From positions 1 through 64,000 of the forward strand of contig JBHLLU010000005.1 of NCBI GenBank assembly GCA_048938895.1: a stretch of DNA of 64,000 bases, in the 5' to 3' direction. The notes under the pieces were generated by a model, which saw nothing but the letters and a program-made list of their open reading frames with translations, searched no databases and was not told the DNA's origin. Of this stretch, positions 53,340-63,302 are shown one piece after another. A program made the translations under genes and the position numbers. The DNA is from Promethearchaeota archaeon. Lineage in GTDB: Archaea > Asgardarchaeota > Lokiarchaeia > Sigyniarchaeales > SOKP01. Numbering within the stretch: position 1 is the stretch's first letter; each line of letters starts with the position of its first letter.

Positions 53340-54728
53340 TTGTATAAACTTATGAGACTATTATCTAAAATGAATTGGGGATTTGTAGAAATATTATTTC
53401 TAATAGTAATTTTTGTAGTGGGATTACTATCTACTTACTTTCTTCTCCCATATGTTATAAAATTAATGAAAAAGAAAAATTACATAGGATATGATATACA
53501 CAAGAATTCTCGACCTGAAGTGGCTGAATCTGGAGGACTTAGTTTTGTTTTGGGATTTATTATTACTTCCATATTCTTAATGGTATTTTTTATTAATTTT
53601 TTGAGTGAAATTTTGATCTTTGTTTTAACAGTACTATTAGCTGCAATAATTGGATTTATAGATGATCGAATAAAATTAAAATCTCGCTATAAAATAATTC
53701 TTTCTATATTTTCGGGAACAATAATATTTATTGCAAATTCTGTTGGTTTTGTTAAGATATCCTCACCTACAATTCCCATACTAGATCGAACCAGATTGAG
53801 CATTATATATCCTTTTATGATACCCTTACTTGTTGCTATTTTTGGAAATACAGTAAATATGTTAGAAGGATATAACGGAGAAGGTTCAGGAACGTGTTTA
53901 ATTGCTGTTATTTCTCTTCTCATTTGTGCAATAATATGGGATTCTGCTCAGGGAGTGCTTTTTTCAATTCCAGTCATTGCTGTTTTAATCCCTTTCTTTC
54001 TTAAAAATAAATTTCCCGCTCAAGTTTTTCCTGGAGATATAGGAACATTGAGTATGGGAGCAATGATTGCGTGTATTATGTTGTTTGGCTCACTCGAAGT
54101 TGCTGCTTTTTGTGCTCTTCTAATTCATATATTTAATAGTTTTTATGTAATTTATTCTGTAAGAGGTTTTCTTGAAAGTGATAAAATAAGGGAAGGTAAA
54201 GATGATATCATTTTACTAGAAAACGATTTAATCAAAGCATCTGATCAAAAAGATGCGGCATTAACATTGCCTAGATTGATATTAGCAAGAGGACCATTAT
54301 CTGAACCAGAGTTAGTCAATAAATTTTTTATTATATCAATAATTTGTGGTATTTTTGCCATTCTTTCAGTGCTATTTACACAACTGACAAGGGGAATTTT
54401 AAACATCGGTCTTTTTATCATAATTTTTATACTATTTCTGATACCGATTGCATTTTTTTTAATAAAATACCCCAGAATTCGAGGTACTATTGTATTAATG
54501 GTAATTCTTTTAATTGCAGCTATCATATTCTTTCTTTTAGTAGAGCTTATTATAATGCCCTTACCAATTGCAGATATTAGATTAGGTATAATTTCCATCC
54601 CAGTAAATCTAATATTTACTTTGATCATCGGTCTTATTGGGTTGATTGGATGGTATTTTATTACGATTAAGTATTTTTGGTTTCAAATAAATTCTATGAA
54701 AAAAGAAGAAATGAATAAACAAGGTTAA
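53340..54728 (+). CDS. aglH: UDP-GlcNAc:dolichyl-phosphate GlcNAc-1-P transferase (AglH/Alg7, MraY superfamily) with extra C-terminal TMs
   Basis: GYDIHK..RPEVAESGG, IGFIDD, NTVNMLEGYNG, FPAQVFPGDIGT, LTLPRLIL. Confidence 0.85.
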   Translation: MYKLMRLLSKMNWGFVEILFLIVIFVVGLLSTYFLLPYVIKLMKKKNYIGYDIHKNSRPEVAESGGLSFVLGFIITSIFLMVFFINFLSEILIFVLTVLLAAIIGFIDDRIKLKSRYKIILSIFSGTIIFIANSVGFVKISSPTIPILDRTRLSIIYPFMIPLLVAIFGNTVNMLEGYNGEGSGTCLIAVISLLICAIIWDSAQGVLFSIPVIAVLIPFFLKNKFPAQVFPGDIGTLSMGAMIACIMLFGSLEVAAFCALLIHIFNSFYVIYSVRGFLESDKIREGKDDIILLENDLIKASDQKDAALTLPRLILARGPLSEPELVNKFFIISIICGIFAILSVLFTQLTRGILNIGLFIIIFILFLIPIAFFLIKYPRIRGTIVLMVILLIAAIIFFLLVELIIMPLPIADIRLGIISIPVNLIFTLIIGLIGLIGWYFITIKYFWFQINSMKKEEMNKQG

Positions 54729-54732
54729 AAAT

Positions 54733-57273
54733 TTGAAGATAACAACAAGGTACTTACTTTTCTTTATTTACATATTCTGTGCCTTTTTTATATTTTATTC
54801 TCTTACTATTTTATTACTCGAAATCCCACTTCTCCAATTACTCACAGATTGGAGTTTTATCTTAACACTGGTACTATTTTTCTTAACTATTGAAGAATTT
54901 TATCAATGGGCTAAGAATGGAAAGAGGAGTGAAATGTCCGATATAGTAGCTATCTTGTTTTTCTTCTTTTTCATCTTCTTTTTTTCGAAAGATTTTCTAA
55001 CCTCATTAATGGGGGCTTTCTCAATATATTTATGGATTGGTATTTTTGAACTAAGAGATTATCCTGTATTAAATAAAGTATTAATTATATCTTTAGTAAC
55101 CTACAATATAATCTTCATAGCGGGTGTGCTATCTTTTTACCTCGATGATTCTTTTTTCATTGATACTAGTTTCGCCTTTTCTTTCTGGATTATTCTTATT
55201 ATGGGATTTATTCTGTTTGGTAGAAAATATTTTGTTGTGTGGCGCTTTTTAAGCCCAGAATATTTAATACTATTCATATACATTATAGCGTGGCTAGCAG
55301 TGGTATTTGTCAATAGTTATACACCTATAAATTTTATAACATCTAGCCCATTTCGTTTACCTGAGTTTAAATTAGTTGACTTCTTTTTGAACATTTACAT
55401 TATACTGATCTTAGTTAATTGGTTGGTATATTTTATTTCTGGACCTATTTTAGACAAAATGTTGGGAATTAAAACTGTCAAAAATACAAAATTATTAGGA
55501 ATAGTTCAGAATGTAAAAGAACACATTGGAATATCAGGTAAAGTCAAAGTTGGCTTTGGGAAATATCCAATATTGAATGCTATGGCATATGGATCAATTT
55601 TTGATAAAAGGATAGCTGTTATTGCTGAGGATCTAAATCAAATTCCTGAAGACGAACTAAAGGGAATAGTCGCTCACGAATTAGCTCATACAAAAGGAAA
55701 ACATACGCTGATATTGACATTAATTACCACATCTGATCTTATAATAAGAATGATTTTCGGGATTCCTGCAACTTATTACGATTATACTTTTGGTAATCCT
55801 TCAATTCCTTTATTCATTTTTATTCTATTAAATCTATTAATTTACTTTTTCCTCTTTATTTTTGTAAGAATTTTAGAAGGAAAGGCGGATTTAAGAACAA
55901 AAAAAGCAGGTTACGCTATTGAGCTAGCAAAAGCATTATACAATTTAGAAAGTTTTTATGCCTCAGGGAGAGAAATTGGATTTAATACTATGTTATTATG
56001 TGAAGAGAAAATTTCAAGGGACAATCTGTTATTAGATTATATGAACACAGCTACTTATTTATACAGTTCGATGATAAAACCTTCAAAAGCTTCTCTTTTA
56101 GGTACATTTTTAAATTCTCATCCCCCAAGTTACTTTAGAATAGCCGCAGTATTAGGAGATAAATTAAAACCGGGTAAAGAGGCTATTTTACCATTTATTT
56201 GCTTAAAAAAGGCAAAACAGAAGAAGTATGGCAGATTATTTGAGACTACTCGTCAGAGTTTTAAAATAATTGCTAACGACAAATTTAAAGAGTTTTTTAA
56301 AGTCAATCAAATTTCTTCATTACTAGATAATTTACAGAGAAAAGAAACCTATAAGTATGATCTCAAAAAAGATTACATTTTCATAAACAAAACAACAGAC
56401 GACATTTTATTGGGACATCTCGAGGATATTGCACTGCAAGATGATATTTGTGCTAGTGATCGGTTTATCATTAGAAATTTAATTACTCATGAGGAACAAA
56501 GAATAGAAGCTATTAAATATTCACTTACTCGAGTTAATTTAAATGAAATTTATTATTTCCAAAATGAGACTCCACTTATCTTAAAGCAAATTGATATTAA
56601 TGAAAATTCAAATGATTCTAATTATGTCTTTTTAGATAAGAACAATAATCAAATTCAAAAACCAATTTTAAAAACGAAAATGCCGAATTCAATGGCAATT
56701 ATAAACAACTTAAAGAACACAGAGATATTTCTAAAGAGTAAAGGTAAACTAAAAATATTAAAGTGTGTGGATGTTATTAAAGCTACTAAATTGGACGATT
56801 ATGAAATAATCCTTTCTGAATCTGGCGTAAATAATAACCAAAATCAAAAAAAATATACAATTAAAAACTTAATTATTAAACCTCAAAGGATCTATTTACC
56901 TATAAGCAAGGATCGTCGTTACAGAAAATCAGAATTGAGAATATTTAATTGGACAAAAAATAATCATATTTTACTTTATTTATATCTAAAAAAACCAGTG
57001 AATAATTTAGAAATTGGCTACGTTCAAGATTTAGATGTATTTAATGAAGAAATTCATAATAAATCTGAATATAAAGAAAGGACAAAAACCGATTTTATCC
57101 ATCTAAAAAATATTTTTGGATCCGAGATTGATATTCCTTATGATAAGATAGAATCTATTAGCTTTAAATATAAGAGCGCTATAATACAAATCAAATCTGC
57201 AACAAGTCTTTCCAGTCGGTTAGGCTACAAATTATTGAAGAAGGTTAAACCTGAAAGAATTATAATTACTTAA
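54733..57273 (+). CDS. M48 (HtpX/Ste24) family membrane zinc metalloprotease with N-terminal TMs and a large C-terminal soluble domain
   Basis: NAMAYG, VAHELAH (HExxH), EGKAD, SHPP. Confidence 0.88.
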   Translation: MKITTRYLLFFIYIFCAFFIFYSLTILLLEIPLLQLLTDWSFILTLVLFFLTIEEFYQWAKNGKRSEMSDIVAILFFFFFIFFFSKDFLTSLMGAFSIYLWIGIFELRDYPVLNKVLIISLVTYNIIFIAGVLSFYLDDSFFIDTSFAFSFWIILIMGFILFGRKYFVVWRFLSPEYLILFIYIIAWLAVVFVNSYTPINFITSSPFRLPEFKLVDFFLNIYIILILVNWLVYFISGPILDKMLGIKTVKNTKLLGIVQNVKEHIGISGKVKVGFGKYPILNAMAYGSIFDKRIAVIAEDLNQIPEDELKGIVAHELAHTKGKHTLILTLITTSDLIIRMIFGIPATYYDYTFGNPSIPLFIFILLNLLIYFFLFIFVRILEGKADLRTKKAGYAIELAKALYNLESFYASGREIGFNTMLLCEEKISRDNLLLDYMNTATYLYSSMIKPSKASLLGTFLNSHPPSYFRIAAVLGDKLKPGKEAILPFICLKKAKQKKYGRLFETTRQSFKIIANDKFKEFFKVNQISSLLDNLQRKETYKYDLKKDYIFINKTTDDILLGHLEDIALQDDICASDRFIIRNLITHEEQRIEAIKYSLTRVNLNEIYYFQNETPLILKQIDINENSNDSNYVFLDKNNNQIQKPILKTKMPNSMAIINNLKNTEIFLKSKGKLKILKCVDVIKATKLDDYEIILSESGVNNNQNQKKYTIKNLIIKPQRIYLPISKDRRYRKSELRIFNWTKNNHILLYLYLKKPVNNLEIGYVQDLDVFNEEIHNKSEYKERTKTDFIHLKNIFGSEIDIPYDKIESISFKYKSAIIQIKSATSLSSRLGYKLLKKVKPERIIIT

Positions 57274-57311
57274 TAATATTTAATATTTATGTCTCTTTTA
57301 AGAAGTTAATA

Positions 57312-58229
57312 ATGACGAGTAAAATTCGGAGTATTTTAAATCTCCTACGAATACGACAATATTATAAAAACACTATGATTTTTGTCGGAGTTTTTTTTAG
57401 TGAAAAATTATTTGAGACCTCTCTCTATTTTACTCTTATACTGGGATTTATTGTACTATGTTGTGCTTCTTCATTTAATTATATTATAAATGATATTAGG
57501 GATATTGAAAACGATAGATTACACTCTGAGAAGCTGAAAAAAAAACCACTTGCTTCTGGTGAACTCACCCTTTATTTTGCTATTGTAATTTTAATTGCAT
57601 TAATTTTTATAATGGTTTTTTCCCTGATATTTCTCATTCCTAATTTAGGTTTTACGGTTATTATAATTTTAATGATTATAACCGGTCAACTCTATAATCA
57701 TCTTTTTAAGAATTATTCTTTTATTGATATAATTATTTTATCTACGGGATACATTTGGAGAGCCTTAGCAGGGTGTGCTATCATTAATGAATTTGTTTCA
57801 GCTTGGTTATTTTTGGCTATTTTTGAATTAGCTATGTTCCTAAGTATTGCTAAAAGAAAAGGAGACTTAGAATTTCTTGGAAAAGAGAAAGCAGTGAATC
57901 ATAAGAAGACCTATGACCAATATTCACTAAAACTGCTTGATGATTTTAACATTATCATAGCAGGATCATTATTTATGACATATGCTCTGTATCTGATAAT
58001 TCGTTTCAATTTAGCCGAACCAGGAATCCCTGAGCTTTATGAATATATAGTAATAATCACTATCCCCATTTCTTTATATCTTCTTATGAGATATATGTAT
58101 TTAACTTCAGCAAGACCAAAAATCGCTCGAAATACAGAAAGGGCATTTTTAGATAAAGGAATAATAATAGCAGGAGCAATATTAATGGGAATTCTCTTTT
58201 TTTCCTTTTATTTTGAATATATTTTTTAA
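57312..58229 (+). CDS. UbiA-superfamily protein, decaprenyl-phosphate phosphoribosyltransferase-like
   Basis: LLRIRQYYKN, YIINDIRDIENDRLH..K.KPLASG, SIAKRKGDL. Confidence 0.85.
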   Translation: MTSKIRSILNLLRIRQYYKNTMIFVGVFFSEKLFETSLYFTLILGFIVLCCASSFNYIINDIRDIENDRLHSEKLKKKPLASGELTLYFAIVILIALIFIMVFSLIFLIPNLGFTVIIILMIITGQLYNHLFKNYSFIDIIILSTGYIWRALAGCAIINEFVSAWLFLAIFELAMFLSIAKRKGDLEFLGKEKAVNHKKTYDQYSLKLLDDFNIIIAGSLFMTYALYLIIRFNLAEPGIPELYEYIVIITIPISLYLLMRYMYLTSARPKIARNTERAFLDKGIIIAGAILMGILFFSFYFEYIF

Positions 58230-58513
58230 TAATGAATTTCTCAATTTATACCCATCGATTTCCCACGTTAAGAAAATTGATTCGATTCGTATAGTTAGAT
58301 ACATTCATTATCTTATTTACCTTTTTGACTAAAAATGAAATAAAAAAACCAACTTTTGAAAAACTATAAATAAATGCTTATGAAGCTCTAAACTTACTTT
58401 TATGATTTCAAAGAATAATGAGAAAAAAAGGATAAAACTTATAAGCTTACGAATTTAAAAACATATTTAACAAATATCTAAATAAAATTAAAAAAAATTT
58501 TAGTGAATTCAAT

Positions 58514-60334
58514 ATGGAAATGGAAAAGAAAAATTTGGCTATAATAATCTTAGCCGTTGTACTTGCCGCTTCCGGTATTGGTAATGTTATTCTTGCTGTA
58601 ACTTCTGGTTTGGTTACTAAACCACCAAGTGGTACAACAGTAGTATATGGTTACGGCTCAAATCCCGCAGCTCTTGACCCTGTCGATACGTGGGATGTCC
58701 CTTCACATGTTATTCAACATCAGATTACCGAATCTTTAGTTGAATATGATTTATCCTCATATATTAGAACAGGTATCCATAATTATACCTTAAAACCTGT
58801 ATTATGTGAATATTGGATTAGGGAATCTCCTACACGATGGTCATATAAGTTAAGAGAAAATGTATATTTCCATGATAATACAAAAATGACTGCGGAAGAT
58901 GTAATGTGGAATTTTGAAAGGGTTCAATGGTTTATTAACTCAACTGGAAATCTTCCTGCAAACGCTACATCTTGGGAAGCCTTTCCATCCTCACTTTATT
59001 TCCTAAGTAATGGTGATCCTATTTTTGACCATTTTGAGGCAAATGATGCTGTTGACCCATACAACTTCACCATAGTTACAACCGCACCTTTTGGTGCATT
59101 AAATGACCTACTCGCTTTTGGTGCAACCAATATTTTATCCCCTGAATCTACTCCTTTCTATAAGTATTTAGATTTGGCAAAAGATAAATTAGTTGGTACT
59201 GGTCCTTATGAATATGAGCACTTTAAAAGAGATAAGGAAGTACGATTGACCAGAAGTAGTGTTTACTGGGGTTTTGCGGGATATTTTGAAACCGCAGTAA
59301 TAAGAATCATTGAAGATGATACAGCTCGAATGACCGCAGGTTTAGCTGGACAATTTGATTATGTCGGCGGTGTTCCAAAGACATACATCGATACGTTTGA
59401 TGCTGATCCTAATTTCCATGTAGAAGATGTCGGCGAGGATCTATGTTATTTCTATCTAGAAATTTACTGTGGTCCACGAGACATCAATGGAGATATGATT
59501 GTACCTGGTGATTATCAATATCAGAAAAACCCAGCATACTTAAGAAGGGCTCTTGCGTTAGCTATCAACTACACATACATTTATAATGAAATTCAGAGTG
59601 GTTATGCTGTCGAAGGAACAACTGCTGTTCCTCGTGCAATGCCTGGTCATAATGCATCAGTAGTTCAGGCGAGTGCTGGAGCTTATGCAACCAATTTAGT
59701 AGCAGCAAGACAAGTTCTCTTAGATAATGCAGGAGATATTCTAGCTCGAGGTGGTCTCGACATTAGTAGTTTTGATGTTAATACTGATTCCGACTGGACT
59801 GGGAAAAACATCATTGGCAGATCCTTAGAAATTAATAGACACTTTGGTTCTACCACTAATCTACGGATGAATCAATTAATGGAAGCTAACTTTGACTTGA
59901 TTGGAATTCAAACTGTTGAGACGATAAGAGAATGGGGAGATTATCTAGATACAGGAGAGCAAACTCCATGGGAAATGGATATTGGGTATATTGGATGGTG
60001 TCCAGATTACCTCAATCCTTTCAACATGATAGATCCTCTTTTTAACTTGGCTTCTCATTCATGCTTTTCACGGATTAACGATACTACTCCTGGTACTGGA
60101 TTAACAGCATTGATGAATGCTGCCGCAGCTGCTTCAGGTCCGACACAACTTGATTTATATGGAGATATTCAATCATTAATCTATGATATAAATAGACCAA
60201 TAAATCCTGCAAGTCACGCCCATATCAGTGGTTGGGTATACTTAGTACAACAAACTCATAAGACTTCCTTAAAGGGAGTTCAATACAACGTTATGACAAT
60301 GGTTGAGATTTCGAAGTGGTATAGAGAAGATTAA
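58514..60334 (+). CDS. dppA: ABC transporter family-5 (dipeptide/oligopeptide) substrate-binding protein
   Basis: N-terminal anchor, LDPVD, ESLVEY, LRENVYFHD, VGTGPY, LRRALALAIN, GWCPDY. Confidence 0.9.
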   Translation: MEMEKKNLAIIILAVVLAASGIGNVILAVTSGLVTKPPSGTTVVYGYGSNPAALDPVDTWDVPSHVIQHQITESLVEYDLSSYIRTGIHNYTLKPVLCEYWIRESPTRWSYKLRENVYFHDNTKMTAEDVMWNFERVQWFINSTGNLPANATSWEAFPSSLYFLSNGDPIFDHFEANDAVDPYNFTIVTTAPFGALNDLLAFGATNILSPESTPFYKYLDLAKDKLVGTGPYEYEHFKRDKEVRLTRSSVYWGFAGYFETAVIRIIEDDTARMTAGLAGQFDYVGGVPKTYIDTFDADPNFHVEDVGEDLCYFYLEIYCGPRDINGDMIVPGDYQYQKNPAYLRRALALAINYTYIYNEIQSGYAVEGTTAVPRAMPGHNASVVQASAGAYATNLVAARQVLLDNAGDILARGGLDISSFDVNTDSDWTGKNIIGRSLEINRHFGSTTNLRMNQLMEANFDLIGIQTVETIREWGDYLDTGEQTPWEMDIGYIGWCPDYLNPFNMIDPLFNLASHSCFSRINDTTPGTGLTALMNAAAAASGPTQLDLYGDIQSLIYDINRPINPASHAHISGWVYLVQQTHKTSLKGVQYNVMTMVEISKWYRED

Positions 60335-60372
60335 ATGTCTTCTTAATATACAAATAAAATTTTTAATTATCC

Positions 60373-60400
60373 TTTTTTTTTCTTTATTTTTTCTTATTTT
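60373..60400 (+). terminator. T-rich terminator after the substrate-binding protein gene
   Basis: tttttttttctttattttttcttatttt about 40 nt after the stop codon. Confidence 0.55.
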
Positions 60401-60681
60401 AGTAATTAGTTAATAGAGAGTAAGACGTTAATTTCAACCTACAAGCTTATAACAAAGTACCAGCCAATTTACTTCAGAGAAAATAAGTTATGAAATATTT
60501 AGCCCAACATAAATAATTACAAATGAACACACTAAAGTTATATTAAGCGGACTTTTCACAATAACTCAATACTTCTTAAACCAAATGGAATATTTAATAA
60601 GGGATCAAATCTAAATAATTATAATTTTCATATTACTGTAAAAATTTACGTGAAAAGATACATTTATGAAGTGAGAAAACG

Positions 60682-61155
60682 ATGAAATTTTCAAGAATTA
60701 AAATCGGGAGACAAGGCAACTTTTTACTGGGGATTATAATGATTTTTTTTATATTTTTCGGATATATTGCTAATGAATACCCAAGAAGTTTTGAAGGAGA
60801 TATTACGATTGGAAACGAGTTACTTTTCTTATATCAAGTACTTTTTAATCAAAAAACCTTTTGGTCTTTTGTTATTCTATTTGTTATCATGTTTTTCTTA
60901 GCATTGAGAGAATCATTTTACGAATATGCAATTAGAAATAGTATTTGGTATATTCCTGTAATAATTATAATATCGTGGTTTTGGTACTGGTTACTTTTTG
61001 GATTTGATCCTTCTGTATTTTATATCTATTTTATTACTATTGAAGGTTATCTAACAATTGCAACATTGTTATGCATTAATCTCTTAGCAGCAATCTCAGC
61101 ATCTGTAATCAACGAAAAACGTAAAGAGTTATTACAAATTGAAGATTTAAAATAA
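60682..61155 (+). CDS. Four-TM hypothetical membrane protein within the Dpp locus
   Basis: Four hydrophobic segments; LRESFYEYAIRNSIW. Confidence 0.8.
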   Translation: MKFSRIKIGRQGNFLLGIIMIFFIFFGYIANEYPRSFEGDITIGNELLFLYQVLFNQKTFWSFVILFVIMFFLALRESFYEYAIRNSIWYIPVIIIISWFWYWLLFGFDPSVFYIYFITIEGYLTIATLLCINLLAAISASVINEKRKELLQIEDLK

Positions 61156-61185
61156 AAATTTAATTAAAAAAAGGACTAAATTATC

Positions 61186-62217
61186 ATGAGTTTGCTTAAA
61201 TATATAATTAGAAGATTAATTATAATGATCCCGGTACTATTTGGAGTGTTAACTTTAACATTCATACTTTCTAGATTAATGCCAGGAGATCCTATTGCGG
61301 CACGATTAGCTGCTGCAGGAATTCATAATCCCTCGCAAGGATTATATCATCAGATGAAATGTCAGCTCGGTTTATGTGATCCAATAATAGTTCAATATTT
61401 TAGATATATGGGAGAGTTGTTTACAGGACATTGGGGTAAATCAGTGTCGATTGTAAGAAATCAACCCGTCTGGAATCTTATTATGGATAGAATGCCCTTA
61501 ACTATTGATCTTACCATATTTTCATTAACAATAGCATCCTATTTCGGAATTAAAGCAGGAGTAATTTCAGCTACTCACAGGAATAAAACACCTGATACAG
61601 TTGTAAGAGGATTTGCTTTAGTTGGAGTAGCATTACCAGTATTCTTCCTAGGCATGCTTCTTCAATACTTTCTAGGATATCAATTAAATTGGTTTGAACC
61701 GACCGGATATTTGAGTGCAAAATACCAAGATCCTGAATATACAACGGGTTTCATAATCATTGATGCATTACTATCAGGTGAGTGGTATCTAATCGGAGAC
61801 TATTTATGGCATTTAATACTTCCCGTCTTCTGTCTATCATTCATTATGCTTGCTTCAATTACACGACAAACTCGTTCAAGTATGCTGGAAGTACTAGAAC
61901 AAGATTTCGTTAGAACTGCCAGAGCAAAAGGTTGTAAAGAAAAATCAGTAATACATTCCCACGCTTTAAGAAATGCTATGATTCCGACTGTTACCATAAT
62001 AGGAATGAGTATTGCAGGATTATTGGGAGGCGCCGTTCTAACTGAAACCACATTTGGACTAACTGGGATGGGAAAATTATTTGTTGATGCAATTTTGTTA
62101 TACGATTACTGGGTGTTATCCGCATTGGTCTTTATGATTACAATATTGTTTATCTCAGCAAACTTGCTAACTGACGTAATTTATGCTGTACTTGATCCAA
62201 GAATTAGATATGGATAA
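61186..62217 (+). CDS. dppB: Peptide ABC transporter permease
   Basis: YIIRRL, PGDP, TRSSMLEVLEQDFVRTARAKG (EAA loop), LDPRIR. Confidence 0.95.
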   Translation: MSLLKYIIRRLIIMIPVLFGVLTLTFILSRLMPGDPIAARLAAAGIHNPSQGLYHQMKCQLGLCDPIIVQYFRYMGELFTGHWGKSVSIVRNQPVWNLIMDRMPLTIDLTIFSLTIASYFGIKAGVISATHRNKTPDTVVRGFALVGVALPVFFLGMLLQYFLGYQLNWFEPTGYLSAKYQDPEYTTGFIIIDALLSGEWYLIGDYLWHLILPVFCLSFIMLASITRQTRSSMLEVLEQDFVRTARAKGCKEKSVIHSHALRNAMIPTVTIIGMSIAGLLGGAVLTETTFGLTGMGKLFVDAILLYDYWVLSALVFMITILFISANLLTDVIYAVLDPRIRYG

Positions 62218-62245
62218 AAATTACTAAAAAAGATGTGATAAAAAT

Positions 62246-63256
62246 ATGGAAAAACCTTATGTAGTTGTTGAAAAAGAAATAGGAGAGGAACTATTAGAAG
62301 AAGAAAGCCATTCAAGAAATATTATATCTTGGTTCTCTAAAAACCTTAAGTTTCTTGTACTGCCAGGGTCAAGAATAGAAGAATTAACAATCCGCGAATT
62401 TGAATATGAGAAAAATATTAGCAAAAGATCCCTCGTTAGGAGATTAAAAAATCCTTTAACAATTTTAGGCTTCTCTATAATATTTTTTATTGTGACATTA
62501 GCTATATTTGCACCTTGGATTTCACCCCAATCATTTAATTTTGCATTATTACCCCAACCAGGTTCATGGAATCCACCATCTCCCGAACACCCATTAGGAC
62601 AAACAGTAATGGGGGGAGATGTCTTTTCGAGGTTAATATGGGGTGCTAGAACTTCCCTTACAATATCCCTACCATCAATTTCTATTAGTGTTATTGGAGG
62701 TGTCGCTTTTGGAGTTATTGCCGCATATTATGGAGGGTGGGTTGATTCCCTAATTATGAGAATTTGTGATGTATTCCTTGCATTTCCTTCACTAATCCTC
62801 TCATTGGTGTTTATTGCAATATATGGACCTTATATTGAGATTATTTTAATGGTATGGGGATTTTTAGGAATTCCTATATATGCTCGATTAATCAGAGGAA
62901 ATGTATTACAAGCTCGGGAATTACCGTATATTGAAGCAGCAAGAGTTGCTGGAGCGGGGAATTGGAGAATAATGTTTCGACATATACTACCTAATGTTAT
63001 TCAACCGATTATTGTCTTCTTCACTTTCGATATAGGTGCTTACATTTTAGGTCTAGCAGGTCTGTCTTTTTTGGGCGTGAATCAATCTATATTAATTGAA
63101 TGGGGAAATGATATCAATGTGGCTAGAGAAAATCCCTATGAGGCACCATGGGCGGGATTATGGCCAGGTTTTATGATATTTCTAACAGTATTAGGTTTCA
63201 TGTTAGTTGGGGATGGTTTACGAGACGCATTGGATCCAAGATTGAAAAACTTATAA
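62246..63256 (+). CDS. dppC: Peptide ABC transporter permease
   Basis: HPLG...G.DVFSRLIWGARTSL, YIEAARVAGA, HILPN, GDGLRDALDP. Confidence 0.95.
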   Translation: MEKPYVVVEKEIGEELLEEESHSRNIISWFSKNLKFLVLPGSRIEELTIREFEYEKNISKRSLVRRLKNPLTILGFSIIFFIVTLAIFAPWISPQSFNFALLPQPGSWNPPSPEHPLGQTVMGGDVFSRLIWGARTSLTISLPSISISVIGGVAFGVIAAYYGGWVDSLIMRICDVFLAFPSLILSLVFIAIYGPYIEIILMVWGFLGIPIYARLIRGNVLQARELPYIEAARVAGAGNWRIMFRHILPNVIQPIIVFFTFDIGAYILGLAGLSFLGVNQSILIEWGNDINVARENPYEAPWAGLWPGFMIFLTVLGFMLVGDGLRDALDPRLKNL

Positions 63257-63302
63257 TATCTTTAAATATTTTATTTTTTAACGATAGGAAATAAAAAACA
63301 CA

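Noticed and set aside
51789-53340. Integrated element at the tRNA
   Set aside because: No integrase, no duplicated tRNA 3' end (att site) seen, and no compositional shift.
60400-60680. Possible small gene or ncRNA between dppA and the 4-TM gene
   Set aside because: I found only very short ORFs and no convincing stable structure; most likely promoter sequence.
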